Below are positions 25,659 to 44,638 of a stretch of 64,000 nt of DNA, piece after piece. The stretch lies in the NCBI GenBank assembly GCA_051294375.1, contig JBJCIZ010000744.1, forward strand, positions 1,993,252 to 2,057,251, given 5' to 3'. A program made the position numbers and the translations under genes. This DNA is from Paraspadella gotoi (taxonomy: Eukaryota; Animalia; Chaetognatha). A model generated the notes under the pieces. It was not told the origin of the DNA. It was given only the letters and a program-made list of their open reading frames with translations, and did not search any database. Numbering within the stretch: position 1 is the first letter of the stretch; each line of letters starts with the position of its first letter.

Positions 25659-27330
25659 GTCGACCAAGAAGATAATGATGAAAAACTAAATAATGAACTG
25701 ACTAAGCTCACTCTTTTATTAAGTAACTATCATTAAAAAAAATTACAGTATTTTGAGTTTCTATTTGATTTCATTTTTTCAACATATTTCAATATGTTGA
25801 ACTGACAAACCAACAAAATCACAAATTGAGTCGAGGGAACGCCCCCCCCAGCAGAGAGAGTGCAGAGCAGACGACGTTTACTCTCCCTATTGCTTTTATA
25901 TCTCTAATTCTTCCCTATTCTTATCTCAACACCGCATGGACCGTCGATGCGTCCCATGCAGTTTCTTTAACCCCCTTATTTCTTTGGACNNNNNNNNNNN
26001 NNNNNNNNNNNNNNNNNNNNNNNNNNNNNNNNNNNNNNNNNNNNNNNNNNNNNNNNNNNNNNTGGGAGGGAGAGAGAGAGAGAGGAGCCAGCCGACTGCA
26101 CTTTGGCTGAGGCAGAAGAAGAAAATGACCAATGACTTCATTATCACTTTGCATACAAAGGAAAAANNNNNNNNNNNNNNNNNNNNNNNNNNNNNNNNNN
26201 NNNNNNNNNNNNNNNNNNNNNNNNNNNNNNNNNNNNNNNNNNNNNNNNNNNNNNNNNNNNNNNNNNNNNNNNNNNNNNNNNNNNNNNNNNNNNNNNNNNN
26301 NNNNNNNNNNNNNNNNNNNNNNNNNNNNNNNNNNNNNNNNNNNNNNNNNNNNNNNNNNNNNNNNNNNNNNNNNNNNNNNNNNNNNNNNNNNNNNNNNNNN
26401 NNNNNNNNNNNNNNNNNNNNNNNNNNNNNNNNNNNNNNNNNNNNNNNNNNNNNNNNNNNNNNNNNNNNNNNNNNNNNNNNNNNNNNNNNNNNNNNNNNNN
26501 GAGAGAGAGAGAGAAAATGCGCAGAATAATTGATTTCTCTCTCACGACATAAAGATTAAAATTATCTCCGCATTTGAAAATAAAAAAAGTGACTTTTTTT
26601 GCGAAATTTACTTTATCGAGACTTTTGAACGCTGCTTATGTGTCAATTCGATTGTTTGTTTGTTTATTATTTAGTGTGGTTCCTCTTTTGTTTGTTATGT
26701 TATATGAACGACAATCATTTCATATACCAAACCGAAATTTGAGGAGTTTCGTTTTTATATATAATTGAAAATAATGTGATTATTTCCTCCTTCTGAGATA
26801 TTTTTTTTACTTTAGATTAATTCGTCGCCAGAGGGAAGAAANNNNNNNNNNNNNNNNNNNNNNNNNNNNNNNNNNNNNNNNNNNNNNNNNNNNNNNNNNN
26901 NNNNNNNNNNNNNNNNNNNNNNNNNNNNNNNNNNNNNNNNNNNNNNNNNNNNNNNNNNNNNNNNNNNNNNNNNNNNNNNNNNNNNNNNNNNNNNNNNNNN
27001 NNNNNNNNNNNNNNNNNNNNNNNNNNNNNNNNNNNNNNNNNNNNNNNNNNNNNNNNNNNNNNNNNNNNNNNNNNNNNNNNNNNNNNNNNNNNNNNNNNNN
27101 NNNNNNNNNNNNNNNNNNNNNNNNNNNNNNNNNNNNNNNNNNNNNNNNNNNNNNNNNNNNNNNNNNNNNNNNNNNNNNNNNNNNNNNGAGAGAGAGAGAG
27201 AGAGAGTCTCCGCTTCTGTACGAAAACAAGTTCTGAAGTTGAGAGAAACTTCGATTCCCGCGAGATTATCTTCCTTTTTCTTTTCTTTCACTTTCTCCTC
27301 TTTTCTTTCACTTTCCTATTACTCTTTCCT
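23730..27330 (+). repeat. Tandem duplication, 23730-25420 vs 25487-27330
   Basis: Shared anchors GAGGTAGGATAGAGGGAAAA, AAAATCACAAATTGAGTCGAGG, GGAGCCAGCCGACTGCACTTTGGCTGAGGCAG, AAAGATTAAAATTATCTCCGCATTTGAAAATAAAA and ACTCTCGATTCCCGCGA. A partial third copy lies at about 22500-22930. Confidence 0.85.
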
Positions 27331-28183
27331 NNNNNNNNNNNNNNNNNNNNNNNNNNNNNNNNNNNNNNNNNNNNNNNNNNNNNNNNNNNNNNNNNNNNNN
27401 NNNNNNNNNNNNNNNNNNNNNNNNNNNNNNNNNNNNNNNNNNNNNNNNNNNNNNNNNNNNNNNNNNNNNNNNNNNNNNNNNNNNNNNNNNNNNNNNNNNN
27501 NNNNNNNNNNNNNNNNNNNNNNNNNNNNNNNNNNNNNNNNNNNNNNNTCTCTCCTCCTATCTCCTACTTTTTTTCCTCTCTTCTCCGACTTTTCTCCTCC
27601 TATCTCCTACTTTTCTTTTCTCTCTCTTCTCGGACCTCTCTCCTCCTATCTCCTACTTTTCTTTCCTCTCTCTTCTTGGACCTCTCCCCTCTTTTCTCCT
27701 ACTTTTCTTTCCTCTCTCTTCTCCGACTTCTCTCTTCTTATCTCCTACTTCTCTTATCCCTCTCTTCTCCGACCTCTCTCCTCTTATCTCCTACTTCTCT
27801 TTCTCTCTACTCCGACTTCTCTTGTCTCTTTCTCTTCGTAACTCGAGCTCGACTCGAATTCAATGGCGACTCTGACTAAACGTAATTGACGCATCCGTTA
27901 GAATTTCTTTTTTTTCCTTTTTTCTTTTTAATTTTCTTTCTTTTTTTTTCATTATTGCATTTCTTCCCTTTTTAACCCATTTGAATAAGAAGGAGACAAT
28001 TTTTTTAAAAAGGATTTCAGATAAGCCAGTATCTAATTAGGCTCGAGCTTGGTCAGAGAATAAATAATTGTATTTTCTACTAGAATAAATTCAATTTGTT
28101 AGATTATATTATATAATCTATCATTTTGACTACTGAACCGAGTTGGTAAAAGAACAGCTTAAAATTTTGTTTCAAGAAACTAT

Positions 28184-28189
28184 TTTATT
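28184..28189 (-). promoter_or_regulatory. Candidate polyadenylation signal AATAAA of the beta-PFT gene
   Basis: TTTATT on + strand about 120 nt downstream of the stop codon in the gene's orientation. Confidence 0.45.
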
Positions 28190-28307
28190 TTCATTCGATT
28201 TTTTTCTTCATTTTCGTATAAACTTTTAAACCGTTTCCTTTTTTTTTCCCCGATCGGCTAACCCGTTTCTCTCCAGTCAGCCGATCGGCGAACCAAGGCC
28301 CCCATCT

Positions 28308-35405
<7,098 letters not shown>

Positions 35406-37023
35406 CGTGGCGATCTGGTAATTGTGAAGAGGGAGGGAGGGANNNNNNNNNNAAAGAAGAGAAGAGGTGGGAGGAAGGAGGAAAAGAAGAAGAGGGGAGG
35501 AAAAGAAGAGAAGAGGTGGGAGGAAGGAGGAAAAGGAGAAAAGGGGAGGAAAAGAAGAGAAGAGGAGAGAGGAAGGAGGAAAAGAAGAAGAGATTTCGAT
35601 AGAGGAAACTTTAACAAAAAGATATTTTTTAAAGATTAAATAAATATAAATATTTTTTTTCAATTTTTAGGTAATGTGAAATAGAAATTAGCCGTTAGAT
35701 TGACTTTCATTTTTTATTAATTTTGTTTTTTTATTTTAAAAATTGTACAAATTAATAAGAAGTGGAATTGCGATCAGAAACCAAAAATCTTTAAAGTGAA
35801 ACAAATTCCAATTTACAAAATTTCTCGCGATCACTGGCGGNNNNNNNNNNNNNNNNNNNNNNNNNNNNNNNNNNNNNNNNNNNNNNNNNNNNNNNNNNNN
35901 NNNNNNNNNNNNNNNNNNNNNNNNNNNNNNNNNNNNNNNNNNNNNNNNNNNNNNNNNNNNNNNNNNNNNNNNNNNNNNNNNNNNNNNNNNNNNNNNNNNN
36001 NNNNNNNNNNNNNNNNNNNNNNNNNNNNNNNNNNNNNNNNNNNNNNTTTTTTTTAAATCGACTACGAAGTCAAGTATTTTTTAAATCATTATCAATATTT
36101 TTTTAATTTTTAATAAATGATTAAATATATAAACTACCGATCGACCCTTTTTATTTTCGATAACCAATCGATTCTCCCCGACGGAAAGACGAACATCTGC
36201 CGGACGGCGGAAGATGTCGCGCGAGGCAGAAATTCCAATAAGCGACGGCGGAGTTCNNNNNNNNNNNNNNNNNNNNNNNNNNNNNNNNNNNNNNNNNNNN
36301 NNNNNNNNNNNNNNNNNNNNNNNNNNNNNNNNNNNNNNNNNNNNNNNNNNNNNNNNNNNNNNNNNNNNNNNNNNNNNNNNNNNNNNNNNNNNNNNNNNNN
36401 NNNNNNNNNNNNNNNNNNNNNNNNNNNNNNNNNNNNNNNNNNNNNNNNNNNNNNNNNNNNNNNNNNNNNNNNNNNNNNNNNNNNNNNNNNNNNNNNNNNN
36501 NNNNNNNNNNNNNATTTTTTTGAACTAATTTTAAACAAAAATAACAAACATCTCACTCGGCCGTGTTTGCGATGTTAAATTTTACAAGTAAACGGCTTAA
36601 ATATTTATGATTCAAGTGAATCCAGACAAAATCTTCTTAAATCTTTGATAGCAGAAGAAGACAAGTTTATTTTTGAAATATTGTTGTATTCTTCGTCTTA
36701 GACGCTACGAATTCGCCCCTAATCTTCAGAGAATTCTCTGCCACGTCAAAGGCGAAATCGCCGCAAATCTGCTACGACGAAATTCGCCGCAAAATCTGTG
36801 ACGAACTCTAGACAAACATAACCGAAGACTTTCACGTCTCGTCCCCCAAAATATTTTTTTATGCACAATAACTTTCTCTACGCGACCGCAGAATTGGATG
36901 GGAGGGCTTTTCCGGTCTCTCTCTCTCTCTCTCTCTTTCTTTCTCGATTCTCTGGATTTTCGCAATAAAACTGAGGATGAAAGGAAATAAAAGAAAAGCG
37001 GAAAATCTTTTGTTTGCGTCGCA

Positions 37024-37098
<75 letters not shown>
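37024..37098. repeat. (GAC)n microsatellite
   Basis: Perfect GAC run. Other GAC/GTC tracts at about 5585-5720, 6120-6225, 10260-10670, 18297-18335, 40070-40130, 52487-52535 and 53781-53819. Confidence 0.97.
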
Positions 37099-37604
37099 AA
37101 CGTCCTCTATCGAATATATTCTGCGAGGCTCCGAGTCCAAAGCCGATGGCAGAAACGATTTCTTGGAATTTCCCCAGAGTCGAAAAAAAACAACAACAAA
37201 ACAACAACAACAACAATAAGAACAAATAAGTAGCTCATTTCACGAGATCATCACAAGTAGGTCCGGATAGATTTTCTATTCACAATTTCTCACAGAATTT
37301 ATGACAATATTGAATGATAGAAAAATATTGAAATTGGTACAACCAACATAAAAATCACCCATACACATAAAAACTATAAGGCCTCCAAGATAATAACTCA
37401 ACAGGATCCCGAAAGCTTTTAAACAAGGTTCACCGTCTTATCAGCTCCTGGTACAATATGTTTCAATATATTTTGAACAAAGGCTTCGCGTTCACTTCTT
37501 TAAGAGCTTGTTATTAAGTTAATGTGCGTCTGTCTGTATTTTACATTTACTTTCCAATCTACATACAATATATATATCTATATCGTCAGTGAAAATGAAC
37601 TTAC

Positions 37605-37714
37605 CTCAATGAGCTCTTGTTCACGCGAACGCCTTTTCACCTTCACGTCTTGAAATCATAGTCGTGGTTGTGAACCAAGATTCCGACTTGGTCGTCGTCG
37701 TCCTGTTTGCGAAC
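37605..37714 (-). other. Candidate exon with canonical splice sites
   Basis: Acceptor GCTTTCAG|G and donor GAG|GTAAGT. In phase 2 after the KPTS exon it reads (R)FANRTTTTKSESWFTTTTMISRREGEKAFA*. All three frames contain a stop before the donor. Confidence 0.35.
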
Positions 37715-37843
37715 CTGAAAGCATCGATACGAGTTACCGTTATGTCGCAATTGACTGATTAATTAATTGGTTAAATGACAAATTAATTGATTAAATTGGT
37801 TAAATGACGAATTCGTCTGGGGTATTTGAGCTGCCCGAGAGGA

Positions 37844-39253
37844 CTACCTTTCATAATGTGACTTCGATGTTGGATATGCTAACGGCTTCGGTATTGGCTT
37901 TGGTGTCGGCTTTGTCGGTCTTGGCTTTGATGTCGGCTTTGTCACCGCTGTATTTGTCGCTGACGGATTTGATGTTGGCTCTGCGGCCGTTGGCTCTGAT
38001 GTTGGCTCTACGGCCGTTGGCTCTGAAGTTGGTTCTACTGCTATTGGCTTTGATGTTGGCTCTGTGGCCGTTGGCTTTGATGTTGGCTTTGATGTTGGCT
38101 TTGTCGCCATTGGCTTTGATTTTGGCTTTGAGGTTGGCCTTGATGTTGGCTTTGAGCTTGCCCATGATGCTGGCCATGATGCTGGCTTTGATGGCCATGG
38201 TGCTGGCCATGATTTTGGCTTTGACGTTGGTCTTGATGTTGGCTTTGACGTTGGCCTTGATGTTGGCTTTGATGTTGGCCTTGATGTTGGCTTTGACGTT
38301 GGCCTTGATGTTGGCTTTGATGCTGGCTTTGATGTAGGGTTTGACATTGGCTTTGATGTCGACTTTGTCACCGCTGTATTTGTTGTTGATGGATTTGATA
38401 TTGGCTTTGGTGTTGGCTCTGCGGCCGTTGGCTTTGATGTTGGCTTTGATGTTGGTTTGGATTTTGGCTTTTTTGCTATTGGCTTTGATTTTGGCTTTGA
38501 CATTGGCTTCCATGGGGGCATTGATGTTGGCCTTGATGTTGGCTTTGATTTTGGCTTTGATTTTGGCTTTGACGTTGGCCTTGATGTTGGCTTTGATGCT
38601 GGNNNNNNNNNNNNNNNNNNNNNNNNNNNNNNNNNNNNNNNNNNNNNNNNNNNNNNNNNNNNNNNNNNNNNNNNNNNNNNNNNNNNNNNNNNNNNNNNNN
38701 NNNNNNNNNNNNNNNNNNNNNNNNNNNNNNNNNNNNNNNNNNNNNNNNNNNNNNNNNNNNNNNNNNNNNNNNNNNNNNNNNNNNNNNNNNNNNNNNNNNN
38801 NNNNNNNNNNNNNNNNNTTGATGTTGGTTTGGATTTTGGCTTTTTTGCTATTGGCTTCGGTTTTGGCTTTGACATTGGCTTCCATGGGGTTTTTGACGTT
38901 GGCCTTGATGTTGGTTTGGATGTTGGCTTTGACATTGGCTTTGATTTTGGCTTTGATTTTGGCTTTGATGTTGGATTTGACGTTGGCTTTGATGTCGACT
39001 TTGTCACCGCTGTATTTGTTTCTGACGGATTTGATGTTGGCTCTGCGTCTGTTGGCTTTGATATCGGTTTTGTCGCCATTGCTTTTGACTTTGGCTTTGA
39101 TTTCGGTTTGGATTTTGGCTTTGTCGCTTTTGGCTTCCATGTCGGCTTTGACGTCTGTTTGGATGTTGGCTTTGATGTTGGCTTTGGTGTTGGCTTTGAT
39201 ATTGGCTTTTTCGCCGTTGGTTTTGATGTTGGTTTCGCCGCTGGCTTCGTCAT
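37844..39253 (-). CDS. Candidate Lys/Pro/Thr/Ser-rich repetitive (KPTS)n mucin/extensin-like exon built on a 12-bp unit; contains an N gap
   Basis: Unit AAGCCAACATCA. Frame is open on both sides of the gap (38603-38817). Unit-length variants keep frame. Third-position variants (ACA/ACG, TCA/TCC, AAG/AAA, CCA/CCG) are synonymous in this frame. Possible donor GAAAG|GTAGTC at 37848/37847. An alternative (IKAN)n frame is also open. Confidence 0.45.
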   Translation of the reverse strand: MTKPAAKPTSKPTAKKPISKPTPKPTSKPTSKQTSKPTWKPKATKPKSKPKSKPKSKAMATKPISKPTDAEPTSNPSETNTAVTKSTSKPTSNPTSKPKSKPKSKPMSKPTSKPTSRPTSKTPWKPMSKPKPKPIAKKPKSKPTSXXXXXXXXXXXXXXXXXXXXXXXXXXXXXXXXXXXXXXXXXXXXXXXXXXXXXXXXXXXXXXXXXXXXXXXXPASKPTSRPTSKPKSKPKSKPTSRPTSMPPWKPMSKPKSKPIAKKPKSKPTSKPTSKPTAAEPTPKPISNPSTTNTAVTKSTSKPMSNPTSKPASKPTSRPTSKPTSRPTSKPTSRPTSKPTSRPTSKPKSWPAPWPSKPASWPASWASSKPTSRPTSKPKSKPMATKPTSKPTSKPTATEPTSKPIAVEPTSEPTAVEPTSEPTAAEPTSNPSATNTAVTKPTSKPRPTKPTPKPIPKPLAYPTSKSHYER

Positions 39254-40071
39254 TCTTGGCTTTGTCAGAAAAAATGAAGCAAAAAAAATTAGGACGAAAC
39301 CTTGTTATCATGACTAGTAAAGGACAATCAACTTCTTCATTTCTTTCAACGCGCGTCAATAAAAACACTTTCACTCTACACTGTCGCACTCGTTATTTTG
39401 TTAACGTTCACATTTTGAGCAAAATGAATCAATCTCTCACCGACTTCGTAGCTTGAATCTTGTGAAGATCAAGAAAGTCGTCTAGTTTAGTTCACTTTTT
39501 AAGTTCACTGTTTAATTCACTGTTTAGGGAGGATCGATATTATGAGTAATGACAGTTTTTTTGTTCTTCATCAAACATTGTATTAAATGTAATTCTATTA
39601 AAAACATCGCCATGCTGGAGTCTTTGGTCGAATCTCTCTTGGTCGACGACAGCGTTGAGAAAAAAAAAATTCGATTAATCCACGAAAAACATTTTTGCAA
39701 TAAAGTTCTTATGTAGGTATTTATTTTAAGAAAAGATAACATTATTACATTAAATGATAATAAATTTGAATAATCAATTTATCAATATGAGTTAAGAACT
39801 GCTTATTGTAGAGTAACTCGGGCCGACCACATTTTAAAATGAAAATGAAATATAGTATATATACTCTGATTTACAAAACGATAATCCTTTGACTACCGAA
39901 ATAAATTTCGCACTCCCAACCTAATATTTTGTTTCGCGAAAACGGTTCCGAACAAAATTATTCTCAAAAATCGTCGTAGCAGTTCACGTTTAAACCAGTA
40001 AAATCGTTTAATATGGCCGAGTGACCAGTTTATTCGTTTGCAAACAATAGAAGAAGATACATAGAATATGA

Positions 40072-40132
<61 letters not shown>

Positions 40133-41528
40133 CCAGAAATGGTATTTTTTCAGCGCTACATCGGAAACCTATTCATTCGTTGGTGGTGAATATTAATTTT
40201 GTCCGTTTCTGGTTGAACCGTGAGGACCGAGGGAGAAGAGGAGGAGGAGGAGGAGGAGGAAGAGGAGGAGGAGGTGGTAGGTAGAGGAAAGAGAGGATAA
40301 AAACAGAGAATGAGAGAGAGTCGATGTTTGGAATTTCGGGGTGGAATTCAATGGGCTGTTTAGGGGCTGCCCGATTAACCAACGGGCAACATATTACGTA
40401 GCTTTACATATTTTGCTTTTGTTGGATATTTTGAAGAGCTGTGGAAACTGCCCCCGTATAGACCGTTGGAACTGAGGCTTTTTAAACGACGTAATACGCG
40501 GATGAGGCAAAGAAAATGGGGGAAAGGATGACCTAAGGTAGAAATAAAAATAATATTAGGAATGACGATGGCCAACGGACATGCGGACAAACAGACTCAG
40601 GGATGGATAAAGAAAAAAAGGGATCAAGAATCATAGGGAGAAAAGCGATAATATTTGGCGGGAAAGAAAACTTCAGCTTCGACCGGGGGGATTGTTTTTC
40701 TGGGGATTTAGATTNNNNNNNNNNNNNNNNNNNNNNNNNNNNNNNNNNNNNNNNNNNNNNNNNNNNNNNNNNNNNNNNNNNNNNNNNNNNNNNNNNNNNN
40801 NNNNNNNNNNNNNNNNNNNNNNNNNNNNNNNNNNNNNNNNNNNNNNNNNNNNNNNNNNNNNNNNNNNNNNNNNNNNNNNNNNNNNNNNNNNNNNNNNNNN
40901 NNNNNNNNNNNNNNNNNNNNNNNNNNNNNNNNNNNNNNNNNNNNNNNNNNNNNNNNNNNNNNNNNNNNNNNNNNNNNNNNNNNNNNNNNNNNNNNNNNTT
41001 CATTTCCTTCCTTCTCCACCCTCATTTTTTCTCGAAAAAAACACCCGAAAAATAACAAAAATAATATATTATTATTACGCTACTATGAAATTAGGGAACA
41101 TTCGATACATTGCACCAAAACATTCCTAATTAAATTATTTTATTTCTTTTCGTTAAAAATAGTAAATTAGTAGAATTAAATTGAGATTTTTATCTTAAGT
41201 TTATTTTTTGATTATTTATTATCGTTCGTTCGTTCGTTCGTTCGNNNNNNNNNNTCCCTTCGAATACATAATTCCGTTCGCCCTAATGTAGAATAAAACT
41301 ACAATTTTTGTTCCTAAAAGTTTCTCTCTTTCTTTCAAAATGAAAAAAACCGTTTTTTTCTTATTCCTTACTTATTTTACTAATCTTTTCTTCATTCCCA
41401 ATTTTATCTCGGCGAAATCGAATAATTTTCTTTGTCTTAACTCGACTCGCCATTCCTCATATTAATTCCCGTCTTTTCTAATTTTAAACTCGGACGAGTT
41501 TAATGCCGAAGACGCAATATATTCTGGT

Positions 41529-41895
41529 TTTTTTTAGTTGCGCCGCGAGTACTCGCGGAGCAACTCTCTAAGTCACCTTTCGGTCGGTCTGTCGGTCAGT
41601 CTGTCTGTCCATCGGTCTTTCTCACTTACGCTCATAACTCGCCTATAGTTGATTCCTCATTTGTTAAGACAGAAAAAAACCTCAAATCTTAGTGACTGCT
41701 AGCGCCGCCTTCAGGAAATCCTAAAACTAAAAAAAATAAAAGACGGAATTCCGATGCAGATACAAATACAGGCGTTTGTTATACATATATATATATATAT
41801 ATATATATCGTAGTCAGGTAGTCATGTGATCACAGGGAAATACACGTGAAAAGAAAGTCACTGTGACGCAACACATTGGATTTTTTTAATCTCTT
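41529..41895 (+). mobile_element. Non-autonomous Helentron-associated (DINE-1/HINE-like) element, copy 3
   Basis: TTTTT-AGTTGCGCCGCGAGTACTCGCGGAGCAACT palindrome, GTCG/GTCT microsatellite, same core, internal (AT)n, 3' GTGACGCAACACATTGGA. Confidence 0.68.
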
Positions 41896-44186
41896 TTTAT
41901 CTTTTTCTTTTTAATCTCGGGACAAAAAGTTCATTTGAATTTCCCAGTTTATGATTATGGACGCAGTTAGAATCGGAGAAGCCCCTCCCTCTCGTAATTA
42001 ATGAAGTTAACCAATTTTACATTGAAGCTTTAAAAATGACTTACCCTGACCCTTTTTTTCATTGTTAGACTTACGCGGCACTATAAACGTAAGCCGATCG
42101 TTTTAGATGACCTTTTTAGATTTCTCGATTTCTATAACTTCCAGCTTTCTTTTTTAATTGTTCTGTCTGCTCGTCTCTCAGGTCTCTCCATCTCTCTGCT
42201 CCTCTTCTCGTCTCTCTCTCACGTCTCTCTGCGTCTCGGTCTTTTAATACGTGCTCTAATCGGATTTATGCTCGCCTTCCGACATGATTGGATGTTCCGG
42301 GGAAATAAAAGATTGTTTCTGTGTTCTTCAACAAAAGTAGGCATGACGGGCGGGATGCAACGTCGTTTGGGACCGGCGGATGCGTGGGTTTGCGTCCGCG
42401 CTTGATCATGTGAGAGTAAGAGAGAGTGAAGGAGATGATGAGTAGAGAGAGAGGCAGAGAGTAGAGAGAACGGAGGAGAGAGAGATGATGAGATGAGAGA
42501 GTAGAGAGAGAAGGCATCGTTTGGAATATGAAGAGAAAGGGAAGAAGAAGAAATTTCATGCGGGTACGGTTCGAAAATTGGTTGTGATGGAGTCGGGTCA
42601 GGAGAGAGAAGGATGTATACGAAGAGAGAGAAGAGAAAAAAGATAAGATGAGATGAGAAAGAGAGAGAGAGAGAGAGAGAGAGATGACGAGATGAGGAGA
42701 GAGAGAGGAGACGAGAGAGGAAGAGAGAACTTTGTCTGGAATAATAATGAGAAACCGCGCGAGTGAAGTAAGGTAATAGGGGGCATGGCATTATTCACTG
42801 TCACTTCTCACGCATGACGAAAAAATCTTTATTTATGCTATTTTATTCTATTTATTCTGATTATTTTATTTTATGGTTATCTTTTTAAGATAAGATTTTG
42901 GTAAAAAAAAGGGAGAAAAATTATACTTTTTGTTGCTTGCTGAAATTATACTAATTATACGTTTTGTTTTAATTGGCTTTACGTAAATGGTGTATGATTT
43001 TCCTGTTTTTTGCTTAAGCGTTGAACTCTTTCTTTTTGTTTTTCCGTTTTTTTCTTTTTTACGTTTGTATCTATAGGCTTGTTTCTTTGCTTTCTTTGTT
43101 CTTTATATTTCTTTATCGTCTTTCTTTTTTTTCATTACTGTTAGTTTTTCAATTCATTTTTATCTTATCGTTTTCTAATTCATATTAATCTCCTTTCTTT
43201 CTCATATCCTCTTAATTTATTCTATGCTTCACATAACAGACAAGAACCAGATGGATTATCGCAAGACCTAACATGCACCGTTTCCTCGATCTTAAACTTT
43301 CTGTCTTCTCATTCTCCTCCCTCCTCCTTCCCGGCAGAATCTCAGGGCTCGATCCGGGGTTTAGGTTTTTTCATTCACGTCTTTTTCCCTTCTCTTTCTC
43401 TGCTCACCATCCCTCTCTCGTCGCCGTTCAGTCTCTGTTAACCATTTTTTTTTCACCGCCAATTTAGCCGCTTTACATTATTGATTATTTTTCCTTTCCT
43501 CACGCTACTTTTCTCCGTCCGTCTTCTACTTCACCTAGATTTCAGTCAGACTTACGGCGCGACCTTAAGTTTAAGAGTGGCGCATTGGACGTCGGCTTCG
43601 AACCCCTTAACACGGCACGGAAAAACCCCGCTTGAGTCCTGTGCTCGTTACCGCACTTTAAAACAAAAACAAGAAAATAGACCTTGGCCTAGAGACCTAA
43701 AAAAACAAGTTAAGCAATTTCTGACCTGCCGTCTTTTTCTCTCCGACCTAACTGTTTTCTTCGTTGGCATCCTGGGCGCGAATTTTTTTTTTCATTTTTT
43801 TTCATTTTCACTTTCATTCTCAAACACTAAAACGTCACGTCCGTAACACGAAGCGCCCAAACAAGCGCGTGAAGAAGACAGCGCCGCATGACAGCCCTCA
43901 AAATCGGCGGTCGAGAAATGTCGCGTCGCGGTTTCCATAACTGTCGCTCCTCGGAGCGTTATTTCCGAATTTCCGTGATAATGTAGACGCATGATAGCAT
44001 GATTCGTCACAGCGTCCTGGAGACGACGCCATAGGTGAAAGCGTCACGTCTACCTCTGTCCTCTCTTTTCTGTTTTGTCTGTTACTGTCTGTCTCATCTG
44101 GAACTGTCCTGATATTGTACTCTTCTGTCTCATTGACTTGATAGGGGTAAAGGCAGGATACGAGACGAGAATACAAAGAGAAAGAA

Positions 44187-44217
<31 letters not shown>

Positions 44218-44607
44218 GAAAGAAAGAAAGAAAGAAAAGACAAGAAAGAAAGAAAAGAAAGAAAGAGTGAAAAACTTAAACTCCTGTACCAATATGGATT
44301 GTTACCCTCTGCCGCTCAGTTTCCATTTCGAATCCTCCGCCTCTCCCCCCGCAAAAAAAAAAGAGAAAAAAAGAAGACAATAGAAACCAAAGATGATTTA
44401 GCCAAAATTCTAATAATCCTGTTTGAACGGTCTTTTCGTCAACTAGAGGGCCGGACCGAATAGAAGTTGGATAGCGCAATGGGAGAAATGGAAAAAGGAA
44501 CAAATCCATTGAAGTCATGTACGACGACAGCTTGATAGCGAGGATTATAACCCAACAACGACGTATTGTAAAGGACTGAGTCAACGACGAAGACATACGA
44601 CAAGAGT

Positions 44608-44638
<31 letters not shown>

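Noticed and set aside
37804-39456. Plus-strand (LALM)n and (GFDV)n ORFs
   Set aside because: Antisense shadows of the 12-bp repeat. The LALM frame is broken by a stop at 38335-38337, and the splice signals I found are on the minus strand.
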